Shown here piece by piece: positions 10,643-19,408 of a stretch of 64,000 bases of DNA. The notes under the pieces were generated by a model. That model worked only from the letters and a program-made list of their open reading frames with translations. It searched no databases and was not told where the DNA came from. How positions within the stretch are numbered: the stretch's first letter is position 1; the number at the start of each line of letters is the position of its first letter. Source of the DNA: an uncultured bacterium (GTDB taxonomy: Bacteria > Verrucomicrobiota > Kiritimatiellia > CAIKKV01 > CAIJXV01). A program made the translations under genes and the position numbers. The stretch lies in the NCBI GenBank assembly GCA_903824675.1, contig CAIJXV010000093.1, positions 67,376-131,375 on the forward strand, written 5' to 3'.

Positions 10643-11506
10643 TCAGAACAATTGCCGCTCCCGCAACGGGCGGGCCAGAGATTCAAATTCCAACGACTCA
10701 TAAAACGGCAGCATCTGATCTGCCGATTCAGGCTGGACCCGAAATCGCTCCCAATCCACCTCGGCCATTCGGTCGCCATACAAGCGAATTAAATTCCGAT
10801 TGACTTCAACCCGGTTTCGGCACGATGTTAATTTTTCACGCCAAACCGGCTTGAGCTCTTCCAAATGCTGTAAAATGCCTTCCCAATTGCCCCAATGACC
10901 AAGCCATAAGGCCGCGGTTTTGGGTCCAACACCTGGCACTCCGGGAATATTATCAACCGCATCCCCGGTCAGTGCCAAAAAATCGACCACAGCTTCCGGT
11001 GCAACCCCCAATTTCCCGACAATTTCCGCCGGTCCTAGCCGAACATTGATTTTGGCAGGGGAAACAATACCCACCCGATCGGTTGCCAATTGAAAAAAAT
11101 CCTTGTCGCTGGTCACCAATAAGATTTCCGACATGGCTCCCCCCATTCTCACCAAGGAGGCCATTAAATCATCCGCTTCTTCTCCGGAACGCTTTTCAAA
11201 ATGAATGCCTGCGCGTGTTAGATATTCCTCCCAAACCGTGAATTGTTCTTTAAGTTTTTCGGGCATGGGCGGACGATGCGCTTTATATTCGGGCAGCAGG
11301 GTGGTCCGTTCGGCTGAACGCCCACCATCCATAATGACCCCCCAATGGGTGGGTCTCCATTCGCGCTCCAATTGCCGCATCATCCGGATAAATCCGTAAA
11401 CGGCATTGGTGGGTCGCCCGTCGCGGGTGGACAATTCGGCAATCGCAAAAAAAGCGCGATAAAAGAGATTAGACCCATCAATCAACAAAAGCCGGGATGT
11501 GGACAT
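10643..11506 (-). CDS. Stand-alone 5'-3' exonuclease / flap endonuclease (PolA N-terminal domain only)
   Basis: LLIDGSNLFYRAFFA, TNAVYGF, YKAHR, EADD, TSDKD, GDAVDNIPGVPGVGPKTA. Ends at 287 aa with no polymerase domain. Confidence 0.9.
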   Translation of the reverse strand: MSTSRLLLIDGSNLFYRAFFAIAELSTRDGRPTNAVYGFIRMMRQLEREWRPTHWGVIMDGGRSAERTTLLPEYKAHRPPMPEKLKEQFTVWEEYLTRAGIHFEKRSGEEADDLMASLVRMGGAMSEILLVTSDKDFFQLATDRVGIVSPAKINVRLGPAEIVGKLGVAPEAVVDFLALTGDAVDNIPGVPGVGPKTAALWLGHWGNWEGILQHLEELKPVWREKLTSCRNRVEVNRNLIRLYGDRMAEVDWERFRVQPESADQMLPFYESLEFESLARPLRERQLF

Positions 11507-11520
11507 TCAACCTTGCAGGC

Positions 11521-14500
11521 TCAAGGAGTCGGAGCCGCCTGGGGATTCGGATTTGCAGGCCCCATCAAGGCGGCGCCCAAATCATCCGATTTCTTGATCC
11601 GTTTGCCCCCGGGATCAACCAGAGACGCCGTCACGAAAATCAACAGATTTTTCTTTTCACTCTTTTGAGAGGTGGTACTAAAAAGATGCCCCAGCAGAGG
11701 AATATCGCCCAACAGGGGAATCTTGTCATCAACCGTCTGCAATGTTTCGGTAATCAGGCCGCCCATCACCACCGTAGCGCCATCGTAAATTGAAATCTGC
11801 GTCGTCAGGGTCCGGGTATGGAAGAACGGCTGGGGCATGTTTAAAACATCTTCCGTTCCATCAGCATGCCGAATCACCGACCCATATTGTTGCCACGTCG
11901 GCTCGGTCACCACCTGCGGCGTCATGGTCAGATTAATCGTCCCCCCATTCGGGCTGACTTCCGGCATAACCGTGAGGATAACCCCTACTTCGCGCGTTTC
12001 AAAATCCTGGGGAATCGAAACAAAGGTGTTTTGCTGAACCACGGCTGCGCCCGTATTATTGTTGTTGTTTCCGGCATCCGACCCACTCTGCACATCGAAT
12101 GTGGTGGGATAAATGAATTCCGTCACTACCCGAATCGAGGCTTCGACCCCCGAACGAGTGGTTACTTTCGGGGCGGACAGCACATCGGCGTGCCCCTTTT
12201 GTTCAAGCGCATGCAAAACAAATGTTAATTCCGGATTCGTCAAAATACTGGAAATGGACAACAGCCGTCCCTTGGACCCCGACATCATGGTCTCTTCATC
12301 GCCAGATGACGAATTACCCCAGAACCGCAATCCCTTGGTGAAGCCGCCATCCGAACTATTTTTGTTCATCTGGATTCGTTCTGTGGCCGACAACGGGGTT
12401 CCAAACGCGGTATTCTTTTTCTGCATCATTTCCCAATTATCCGACAACAACCATTCGACCCCCAGCTCTTCCAGTTCCGTCTCATTGATTTCCACAAACC
12501 GGGCCTCGATTTCCACCTGCTGGGGAATAACATTGAGGACACTCAACAAAGCCTCGAATTTGGTCAGATTTTCCGTCGTATTGGCAACAATCACCTGACC
12601 GATTCCGGAATTGTATTGAATGGACGAACCTTGTGGAAATGGGACGCCCATTCCTATGAATTTATCTTTTAAATCATCCCCGCCAGTAGCTGCGGCGCCA
12701 CCATTACCCGCATCAGCCGAAACAAAGTTTCCGCCCTCTGTGCCACTCGTTCCCAAGGCTCTCATCGGGCCAATCGTGGTAACTTTTTCAATAAAGGTGG
12801 GCTCGACGGGATACATGCGCAAAATCATATCACGCGGCTCGTCCGTTCCATCCACGACCATCACCACCCGCCCCTCAACTCGATACTTCAAACCCGCAAC
12901 AGAAGTGATAATATTCAGCGCCTCTGCCAGAGAAATATACCGTGCGGTGAATGTGATAGGAGGGACACCTCCTGCGTTCGCAGCCGCATCCCCCGCCCCG
13001 TCACCTCCTGGAAACCCGCCGGCATTATCCCCACCAACGGCCGGCTGGGCTGCCCCCGCCCCTTTGATCTTGAGGATGATGTTAATTCCGCGAGGACCGT
13101 TTTCGCCTGCGGATTTATCCCCTTCCATACTGGCTTTATTCAAAAACTCAACAACATCATGAATGTTGGCCTGTCGAAATTCAATTTCCGGAATGGTGAT
13201 TTCAGCCATTTTCTTAATAATCGCCTGAGCCTGAGTATCCGGCTTGGATATTTCCTTGGTCGGCGGTGGCTTGATTTCCTTGTAATCCGGAGGATTCCAA
13301 GTTTTTGTTACATCCGCCACCATCCCCTTGGTGGTTGATTCCCGCTCGAGCAAGCCCGTCTTCATCCGCCGCCGAGCCACTTCGCCCAAATATTTAATGG
13401 CGTCCTTATTGGCCGGCTCCAATGCTAAAACAGCTTCAAATTGTGCTTTGGCCTTGTCAAATTCACGCGCGCCGAGGTAATCTTTCCCAGCCTTCAAGAG
13501 CAATTGGACATCCGATTTATTGGCGCCGATAGGCGTTTTCCCCGGCACAACCACCTTGCCAGCACCCGTCCCCGAATCGCTGGCTATTTTGATTTGCTCA
13601 ACTTTCTTTTCCAGTTTTTTACTTAATTCGATCAGGGGTGCATTGTCGGGATTTTCATTTAGATAGGCCTTGGAAAGGTCCAGCGCTTGTGAGTTCTTGT
13701 TCTCCTTGGCCAAACTCTTGACAATTTCAAACTGGCTGATGGTGATATTTTTATTCGCCCGTTTTACCAGTTCGCGATTTTCAACCGAATTCTGAAACGC
13801 ATTGCGAATCATGATAAAATTCGTGTAAGCCGTCTCATAATCCCTGGCCTTCATTGCCGCATCTGCTTTTTCGATTAATTTTTTTGCTTCTTCCGCATTC
13901 GCCTTCCGTCGCACTTCTTCCCGGGCGGCCAGACTCTCCGCAACTTTAGTCCGCCCCTTGAAATATTCTGTATTTTTATCCGAAGGTTGAAGTCCGGCTT
14001 CGGCTGGAACAGCCCCGGCAACCGGGGCCGCCGGAGCAATATCTGCAACTGCGGGCAACGGGGCTTCCGCTAAAGGCGCCTGAGCCTCGGCCGGAGCTTG
14101 GATATTCCCAGATTCGACAACTGGTTTTTCCCCTGCATCCAGCGGGGCGGAAACTTCTTTCGGAAGATCTTGCGTCACTTCGGCCGGAAGCGCTTCTGCG
14201 GCTGGCGCGGCATCTGCAGCCACCGGGGCGGCAGGAGCCTCAGGGGTAGTAACTTCTTTCGGAAGATCTTGCGTCACTTCGGCCGGAAGTGCTTCCTCGG
14301 CCGGCACGGCATCTGCAGCTACCGGGGCAACGGGAACCTCAGGGGTAGCAACCTCTTTCGGAAGATCTTGCGTTACTTCGGCCGGAAGTGCTTCCTCGGC
14401 CGGCGCGGCCACAGGAGCAACCGGTGTCACTGCAGGAGATTCTTCAGCCGTTGCTTTCGCCGGCTCAGCGGGAGAAACGGCGGCGGGCGGAGGGGCAGCC

Positions 14501-14718
14501 ATTCCGCCTAATTCGGCCGGGAGTTCATCAGCGGAAGGAGCCGGCGTGGGCGTGGCAACAGGGGTCACGGGTTGGGCATTCGATGCAATTCCTTGTTTTT
14601 CATTTATCAGGAGATCCTCCGGTGCCACCGTCGAATTATCCTGCCCCATTAAAAGCCAAGCGCCCAGTGCCATAACGACACAAAAAGCCGCAATAAACCC
14701 ATACTTCAGGTGCCGCAT
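11521..14718 (-). CDS. Type II/IV secretin (GspD/PilQ family, Amuc_1098-like) with Ala/Pro/Glu-rich N-terminus and TPR segment
   Basis: QVEIEARFVEI, LSAPKVTTRSG, DFETREVGVILTVMPEV, LVMGGL, KIPLLGDIPLLGHLF, NLLIFVTA. Signal/TM segment after MRHLKY; start at 14718 follows a GGGAGAG RBS. Confidence 0.92.
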   Translation of the reverse strand: MRHLKYGFIAAFCVVMALGAWLLMGQDNSTVAPEDLLINEKQGIASNAQPVTPVATPTPAPSADELPAELGGMAAPPPAAVSPAEPAKATAEESPAVTPVAPVAAPAEEALPAEVTQDLPKEVATPEVPVAPVAADAVPAEEALPAEVTQDLPKEVTTPEAPAAPVAADAAPAAEALPAEVTQDLPKEVSAPLDAGEKPVVESGNIQAPAEAQAPLAEAPLPAVADIAPAAPVAGAVPAEAGLQPSDKNTEYFKGRTKVAESLAAREEVRRKANAEEAKKLIEKADAAMKARDYETAYTNFIMIRNAFQNSVENRELVKRANKNITISQFEIVKSLAKENKNSQALDLSKAYLNENPDNAPLIELSKKLEKKVEQIKIASDSGTGAGKVVVPGKTPIGANKSDVQLLLKAGKDYLGAREFDKAKAQFEAVLALEPANKDAIKYLGEVARRRMKTGLLERESTTKGMVADVTKTWNPPDYKEIKPPPTKEISKPDTQAQAIIKKMAEITIPEIEFRQANIHDVVEFLNKASMEGDKSAGENGPRGINIILKIKGAGAAQPAVGGDNAGGFPGGDGAGDAAANAGGVPPITFTARYISLAEALNIITSVAGLKYRVEGRVVMVVDGTDEPRDMILRMYPVEPTFIEKVTTIGPMRALGTSGTEGGNFVSADAGNGGAAATGGDDLKDKFIGMGVPFPQGSSIQYNSGIGQVIVANTTENLTKFEALLSVLNVIPQQVEIEARFVEINETELEELGVEWLLSDNWEMMQKKNTAFGTPLSATERIQMNKNSSDGGFTKGLRFWGNSSSGDEETMMSGSKGRLLSISSILTNPELTFVLHALEQKGHADVLSAPKVTTRSGVEASIRVVTEFIYPTTFDVQSGSDAGNNNNNTGAAVVQQNTFVSIPQDFETREVGVILTVMPEVSPNGGTINLTMTPQVVTEPTWQQYGSVIRHADGTEDVLNMPQPFFHTRTLTTQISIYDGATVVMGGLITETLQTVDDKIPLLGDIPLLGHLFSTTSQKSEKKNLLIFVTASLVDPGGKRIKKSDDLGAALMGPANPNPQAAPTP
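14152..14405. repeat. In-frame 99-bp (33-aa) tandem repeat, about 2.6 copies, inside the secretin gene
   Basis: CGGAAGATCT starts at 14161, 14260 and 14359. Peptide unit (A/E)EALPAEVTQDLPKEVxTPExPxAPVAADAxP. Confidence 0.95.
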
Positions 14719-14762
14719 AAAGGCTCTCCCTTTGCTGATTACAAAAACGCGAGTTATAACTT

Positions 14763-15785
14763 TCAGGGGGCAGCAGCCGGACCCGCCTCCTGAACCGCAG
14801 ACTGTCGTTCTCCGATCCAAACCTCCCGGCCGGTTAAAAGGTCAATAATTAATACCAGCTTGCGCTCACTGTCAATCTCTTTTACCTTGAATTTTCCGTC
14901 CCGCAAAACGAACTCGGAATCCGTTCGCAACGTAATGGGCCGATTTTCGACATCAAATAACACTGTGATTTCGAACTCCGTCCGGGGGTTTCGCTGGCCC
15001 TTGACGAGCGGAATTGTTTTTTCCCCCCGCTGCAAAACCAGGACTGAATTTTCTTTGTCGAAGCTGACCAGCTTGAAACCGTCGGCTTCCTCGCCCAGGG
15101 TTTTAAAAAGGGTTTTATCCCCGTCCCGCAAATTTAATTGAAACATCAGCCGATGATCGGACAAGGTGCTGACCGCCTTGAAAACGAGGGCGAACTTCAA
15201 GGGTTTAATTTTCGTCAGATACAGTTTTGCGGTCCACGGCGGCCGATCCTGAGGGTCATTGGGCTTGGTCTTGAAATTGAATTCTTCAAGGTTGGTGAAG
15301 CCGTCGGCATCCAAATCACCGGCCGCATCCGAAGGATCGAGAGGATTCAACCCGTATTGGATTTCCCATTCGTTCAGCATCCCGTCTTTATCGCGATCCA
15401 GTGACAAGCCCACGATTTCAGGCTGGGCGAACCGACAAAAGGGACACGTCATGGCGGCATAGGGAATCGGTCGGTCGCAATGGATGCAGTTAACTCGCAA
15501 TTCGGGAACCATCACCTGGTTGGTTTTTGTCCAATCAGCGACTTGGAAAGGCGCTTGGCGCCGTTGGGTGCCATCCTCAAAAACAGCCAAGTCGGGGGGG
15601 GGCGGCTGGGGATGCGCAGGGGTCAATGCGGCCTGTTGCCGTTCGAATTGGGCATATTCACGCTTCAATAAGCCAACATGCATGGCTAAAAAAAACAACG
15701 AAAACAGGAGCGCCAACAAAATGAAAATCGCTGCCAGCTTGTCGTAATAACTTTTGAACCAGAGTTGGATTCGTTCCATGGCCAT
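14763..15785 (-). CDS. Amuc_1099-like pilus-system protein (N-terminal TM, CxxC...CxxC, Asp-rich thrombospondin-3-like repeats)
   Basis: YYDKLAAIFILLALL TM, CIHC-x9-CPFC, DRDKDGMLNEWEIQYGLNP...DLDADGFTNLEEF. Position between the Amuc_1100-like gene and the secretin. Confidence 0.7.
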   Translation of the reverse strand: MAMERIQLWFKSYYDKLAAIFILLALLFSLFFLAMHVGLLKREYAQFERQQAALTPAHPQPPPPDLAVFEDGTQRRQAPFQVADWTKTNQVMVPELRVNCIHCDRPIPYAAMTCPFCRFAQPEIVGLSLDRDKDGMLNEWEIQYGLNPLDPSDAAGDLDADGFTNLEEFNFKTKPNDPQDRPPWTAKLYLTKIKPLKFALVFKAVSTLSDHRLMFQLNLRDGDKTLFKTLGEEADGFKLVSFDKENSVLVLQRGEKTIPLVKGQRNPRTEFEITVLFDVENRPITLRTDSEFVLRDGKFKVKEIDSERKLVLIIDLLTGREVWIGERQSAVQEAGPAAAP

Positions 15786-15786
15786 A

Positions 15787-16809
15787 TCAGGATCGCTTTC
15801 CGTTGTCTTCTTTCCGGAATCGGTAGACATCCACTTCCAAAGTAACCGTCAGCTTGGATTCACGTCCAAACCGAATCCGCTGATCCCGATCCAGCACTTC
15901 AGCGGCGGGGGGCCGCGCAGGAGCCGGGGGGAAGGGAGCACCCGCAATTTCGGCAGGCGCAGGAGATGCTTCTGCCGGGGCCGCGGCAGCCGCCTGACGC
16001 GACACGGCCGAATCTTCTGCGGCCAGATCCACCCGGGTAACCACCACCAACATGGGATGTCGGGCAAGCTTATTCAGAATATCAAACACCACCGATTCGC
16101 GAGCCGAGAACCGGAACACAAAATGCATTTTGCCAAACAGCTCGCCCTCTGGAATCAAACCGGTCTCTTTAACCACCGGATTTTCCGCCACGACAGTAGC
16201 CGGAGCGGACTTCGCACCCCGCCGTCCCGAGGGCACAACCGGAGTCACACCCGTTTCTGTTCCAGCAACAATATCACCCTCAAATTCCTCGCGAATGACC
16301 GCCTTGAGCTCATCAATTTTGGCATCATAGAGGACTTTACACATCTCCTGAACAATGATCAATTGCTGGGTCAACCGCGGCACATCCGGATAGGGGGTCA
16401 AATCTCCAGCCATGTGGCGCTGGAAACCAAAGGCAAACTCGGGGGGAACCCCGATTTTGCGGTCGTGAGCCTGAGCCAACAACTCCTCCCGAACCTTCCA
16501 GAATTGCGTGCTGAAAGCCGCAGGTTTCTGGTCAACCGGCTCGGCTTGAGAGTCGCTCAGCAAGACCAGTAATTTCCTGAACTCCTCCCGAATCCGATCG
16601 AGATTGGAATTTTCCCGCTCGATATTCTCGGGGGATGGAAAGGGCTCCCGCGCATACAATTGCTTTTGGCGGGCGAGGCCACTGCCCAAGGTGGAACTGG
16701 CCTGCCGATATTCGATCACCTTGCGATAGAGAAAAAATCCCATCACAAGAAACATGACCAGGAGTACACTCCCAATAATGATAGCCACAATATGCTGGCG
16801 CGGATTCAT
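15787..16809 (-). CDS. Amuc_1100-like / PilO-like alignment protein
   Basis: N-terminal TM, coiled coil, PAAFSTQF...FAFGFQRH...LTQQL, HFVFRFSA, LEVDVYRF; synteny with pilM and the secretin. Confidence 0.7.
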   Translation of the reverse strand: MNPRQHIVAIIIGSVLLVMFLVMGFFLYRKVIEYRQASSTLGSGLARQKQLYAREPFPSPENIERENSNLDRIREEFRKLLVLLSDSQAEPVDQKPAAFSTQFWKVREELLAQAHDRKIGVPPEFAFGFQRHMAGDLTPYPDVPRLTQQLIIVQEMCKVLYDAKIDELKAVIREEFEGDIVAGTETGVTPVVPSGRRGAKSAPATVVAENPVVKETGLIPEGELFGKMHFVFRFSARESVVFDILNKLARHPMLVVVTRVDLAAEDSAVSRQAAAAAPAEASPAPAEIAGAPFPPAPARPPAAEVLDRDQRIRFGRESKLTVTLEVDVYRFRKEDNGKRS

Positions 16810-16851
16810 CGATTATCCTGTCGTTGATGCCCCCCGAAAGGGCCGCCGATG

Positions 16852-18477
16852 CTAGGGTTTGATTCCGATTTCGATCGTAAACTCGTTCAAAAAGTCAGTC
16901 CCCTGAACCGGCTTGACTCTTTTAACCTGAACCTCCTCGCTGAAGTGACCCTGTCCCTTCAACAAAGCGGCAAACTCACTGATGGCTTCCATCTTAACCT
17001 TGTCGGAAAAGGCTCGACCCCGGATTTCCAGATAGGTCCCGCTTCCCCCGGTCCGGGTAGACACTCCGATATAATTGATCCACATTCCCCCGAGCAGATG
17101 GTCATGAAGCGTGTTGAACATCTCCAGCCATTGGGTGCGACGATGAACCAGGTTCACCAGCGACTCGGCCTGGACATAAACATCGTGCTTCTGCCGGCCG
17201 ATCGCATCAATGGTCTGGGCACTGGAATCCAGTTGACTGACACTTTGCTGAACGGTTTCCATCCGACGCACATAATTGCTTCCAACCCGATGGAAGAAAA
17301 TCCACCAGATCAACATGATCACCACCAAGCCAAAGGCCGTCACCCCCAAAAACGGCAATCGCCGCTCAAACGTCTTGCGCCGGACCAATTCACGCGGCAT
17401 CAAGTTGATTTCCGAGGGGCACCGGTTGACCCGGCGCAACGCCGCCCCTACCACCTGTCCCAGAATACTCACGTCCCCGGCAATTTGATCCGTCGAGATC
17501 TTTTCTGATACGGCAACATTCCGGAAGGGGTTCAAATAATCGACATCGATCTTCAGCTTTTCCTTGAGAAACGTGTTGGTGTGGGGAATGATCGAACTCC
17601 CGCCCGCCAGCAACACCAATGACGGCTGGGACCCCCCCTGTTGGCTCCGGTAAAAATTAATCGTACGGCTAACCTCGGCATGCAACCGGGTCATTACATT
17701 GCGAACCACCTTCGACGCCCGTTCTGCCACTCCGGTTTCGCCCGCTTCATAGGTGCCGCCAAAACCGACGAAGGCATGGGCGACCTTGAGTTTCTCCGCA
17801 TCCTCAAAGGAGAGATCGAACTCCTTCATCAGTTCACGGGTGATCACATTCCCCGCAACCGGAATACTGCGGTTGAAAATCCGGGTGCCTTCGACAAATA
17901 CGACATCCGTCGACCGCGCCCCCATATCCAGAATCATCGTGCAGTCGGGGAGATCCCCATAATTGTAGCGCACCGCATTGTAAAGCGCCAGGGGGGACAC
18001 ATCGACAATTTCCGGATCCAGCCCCGCCGCCATGACGCAATCGGTGATCTTGGCCACCAATTCCTCTTTTACCGCCACAATCAGGACACTCAGTTGCCCG
18101 TCTTCTTCACCGGTTAAAAGATAATCCCATACGACTTCTTCGATCGGGAACGGTACATTGTTCTGGGCCTCAAAACGGACCACCTGCCCGATTTTATCCT
18201 TGGCTACCGGGGGTAACTTGACATTCTTGGGGATGACATTCTGACCGGAAATGGAAAGGCTCACTTTACCGGGATGAATCGCGTGCTCGCGCATGAGATC
18301 CCGAATGCCCGCAACAATGTAGGCGGAAGACTCGGTCGCGGTATCAGGATCCAACCCGATGGGAGCGCTCCCGTAATTCAGCAATTCAATTCCGCCACCC
18401 TTCATCTGGGTAAACTCGGCCAGAACCAATTTGCTTGCGCCAATATCGAGCGCCAGAATGCGTTCGCCGGAAAACAT
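16852..18477 (-). CDS. pilM: PilM-PilN fusion (Amuc_1101-like)
   Basis: ALDIGASKLVL, actin-like PilM motifs (LDMGARST, LLAGGSS), then EINLMP + TM + PilN-like C-terminus (LEIRGRA). Confidence 0.88.
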   Translation of the reverse strand: MFSGERILALDIGASKLVLAEFTQMKGGGIELLNYGSAPIGLDPDTATESSAYIVAGIRDLMREHAIHPGKVSLSISGQNVIPKNVKLPPVAKDKIGQVVRFEAQNNVPFPIEEVVWDYLLTGEEDGQLSVLIVAVKEELVAKITDCVMAAGLDPEIVDVSPLALYNAVRYNYGDLPDCTMILDMGARSTDVVFVEGTRIFNRSIPVAGNVITRELMKEFDLSFEDAEKLKVAHAFVGFGGTYEAGETGVAERASKVVRNVMTRLHAEVSRTINFYRSQQGGSQPSLVLLAGGSSIIPHTNTFLKEKLKIDVDYLNPFRNVAVSEKISTDQIAGDVSILGQVVGAALRRVNRCPSEINLMPRELVRRKTFERRLPFLGVTAFGLVVIMLIWWIFFHRVGSNYVRRMETVQQSVSQLDSSAQTIDAIGRQKHDVYVQAESLVNLVHRRTQWLEMFNTLHDHLLGGMWINYIGVSTRTGGSGTYLEIRGRAFSDKVKMEAISEFAALLKGQGHFSEEVQVKRVKPVQGTDFLNEFTIEIGIKP

Positions 18478-18485
18478 AGCCCCCC

Positions 18486-19121
18486 TTATTTTACAGCTTC
18501 AAAATCATCCGTATTGATAAAGGCAAATGGTGTTTCTTGACGGTTGAGTAGATATCCATCTTTCACCGTCAAATCCGGGCTCTTCCACCAATCCTTGGGA
18601 ATCTTGGCATCTTTTTCTTCCGATTTCAAATCAACTACTTCGCCGTTGTACAACACTTCAACGGCAACCGCAATGACATTTCCGTGACGCGCCACAGTGT
18701 TCGGCCGCAAGTACATCGCGCTCATCCGTGATTTACCCCGGGCCACATCCCGATGCGAAACCGCCCCCTTGAATAAGGTATATTCTTTGCGGCCAGGATC
18801 CCGTTCGGTCCCCTTGTTATAACACAGCACATAATATTGAAATACCAATTCATTGATCCATTCGGGGGTGGTTTCAAAGGTCACCGCAATTTGAGCCCAA
18901 TTTCCGGCCGACGTTTTACCCCGTGAGATGCTGGTGTTGTATTCGGGCGTCTTAATTAATTCCCGTTGACCGATTCCATCGATGGAACGAATCTTGACGG
19001 GGGATAGGGTCTTGCCACCCAGACCCGCAGCTGGCATCCGGTTTTGCGCGGACACGGCCGCCGCCAAAATCAGCATGATCGCCAAAACACAGGATGACAC
19101 ATAAAGTCCGTACCGTTTCAT
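18486..19121 (-). CDS. Amuc_1102-like secreted protein
   Basis: Signal peptide, TPEY...W...YYVL...AMYLRP...WW...LLNRQETPFAF pattern; first gene of the operon. GGAGG RBS before 19121. Confidence 0.7.
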   Translation of the reverse strand: MKRYGLYVSSCVLAIMLILAAAVSAQNRMPAAGLGGKTLSPVKIRSIDGIGQRELIKTPEYNTSISRGKTSAGNWAQIAVTFETTPEWINELVFQYYVLCYNKGTERDPGRKEYTLFKGAVSHRDVARGKSRMSAMYLRPNTVARHGNVIAVAVEVLYNGEVVDLKSEEKDAKIPKDWWKSPDLTVKDGYLLNRQETPFAFINTDDFEAVK

Positions 19122-19164
19122 GTTTGCGGCCTCCAATTGGGGGTACCAATCAAAATGATGGCCG

Positions 19165-19194
19165 TTTATACCTTAAAGCACGGATTAACGCCAA
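19165..19194 (-). promoter_or_regulatory. Possible sigma70 promoter for the Amuc_1102-1098-like operon
   Basis: TTGGCG-N18-TATAAA on the minus strand in an AT-rich divergent region. Confidence 0.35.
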
Positions 19195-19255
19195 TAGAAA
19201 AAATAAATCAAAAAATGGACCGCTTAGTCGCAAGTGACGGATCAAATCTGTGTTG

Positions 19256-19296
19256 TTTAAAAAAAATTTGACCATCCTTGTTCATCTCGCTATATT
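19256..19296 (+). promoter_or_regulatory. Sigma70 promoter with upstream A-tract for the large surface protein
   Basis: TTTAAAAAAAAT directly followed by TTGACC-N17-TATATT. Confidence 0.6.
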
Positions 19297-19408
19297 AATA
19301 GGGACTTGGGATGGGTTACAGAATTAAGAATACTGAACCTAATTTTCAAGTTCAGTCGAAATTTAACATAACGAACACACATATCTCTTATCTAGAATGA
19401 GGTGTTGG

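Noticed and set aside
19176-19195. Sigma54 -24/-12 promoter for the secretin operon (TGGCG...TGC)
   Set aside because: The GG-to-GC spacing is 11 nt rather than the required 10.
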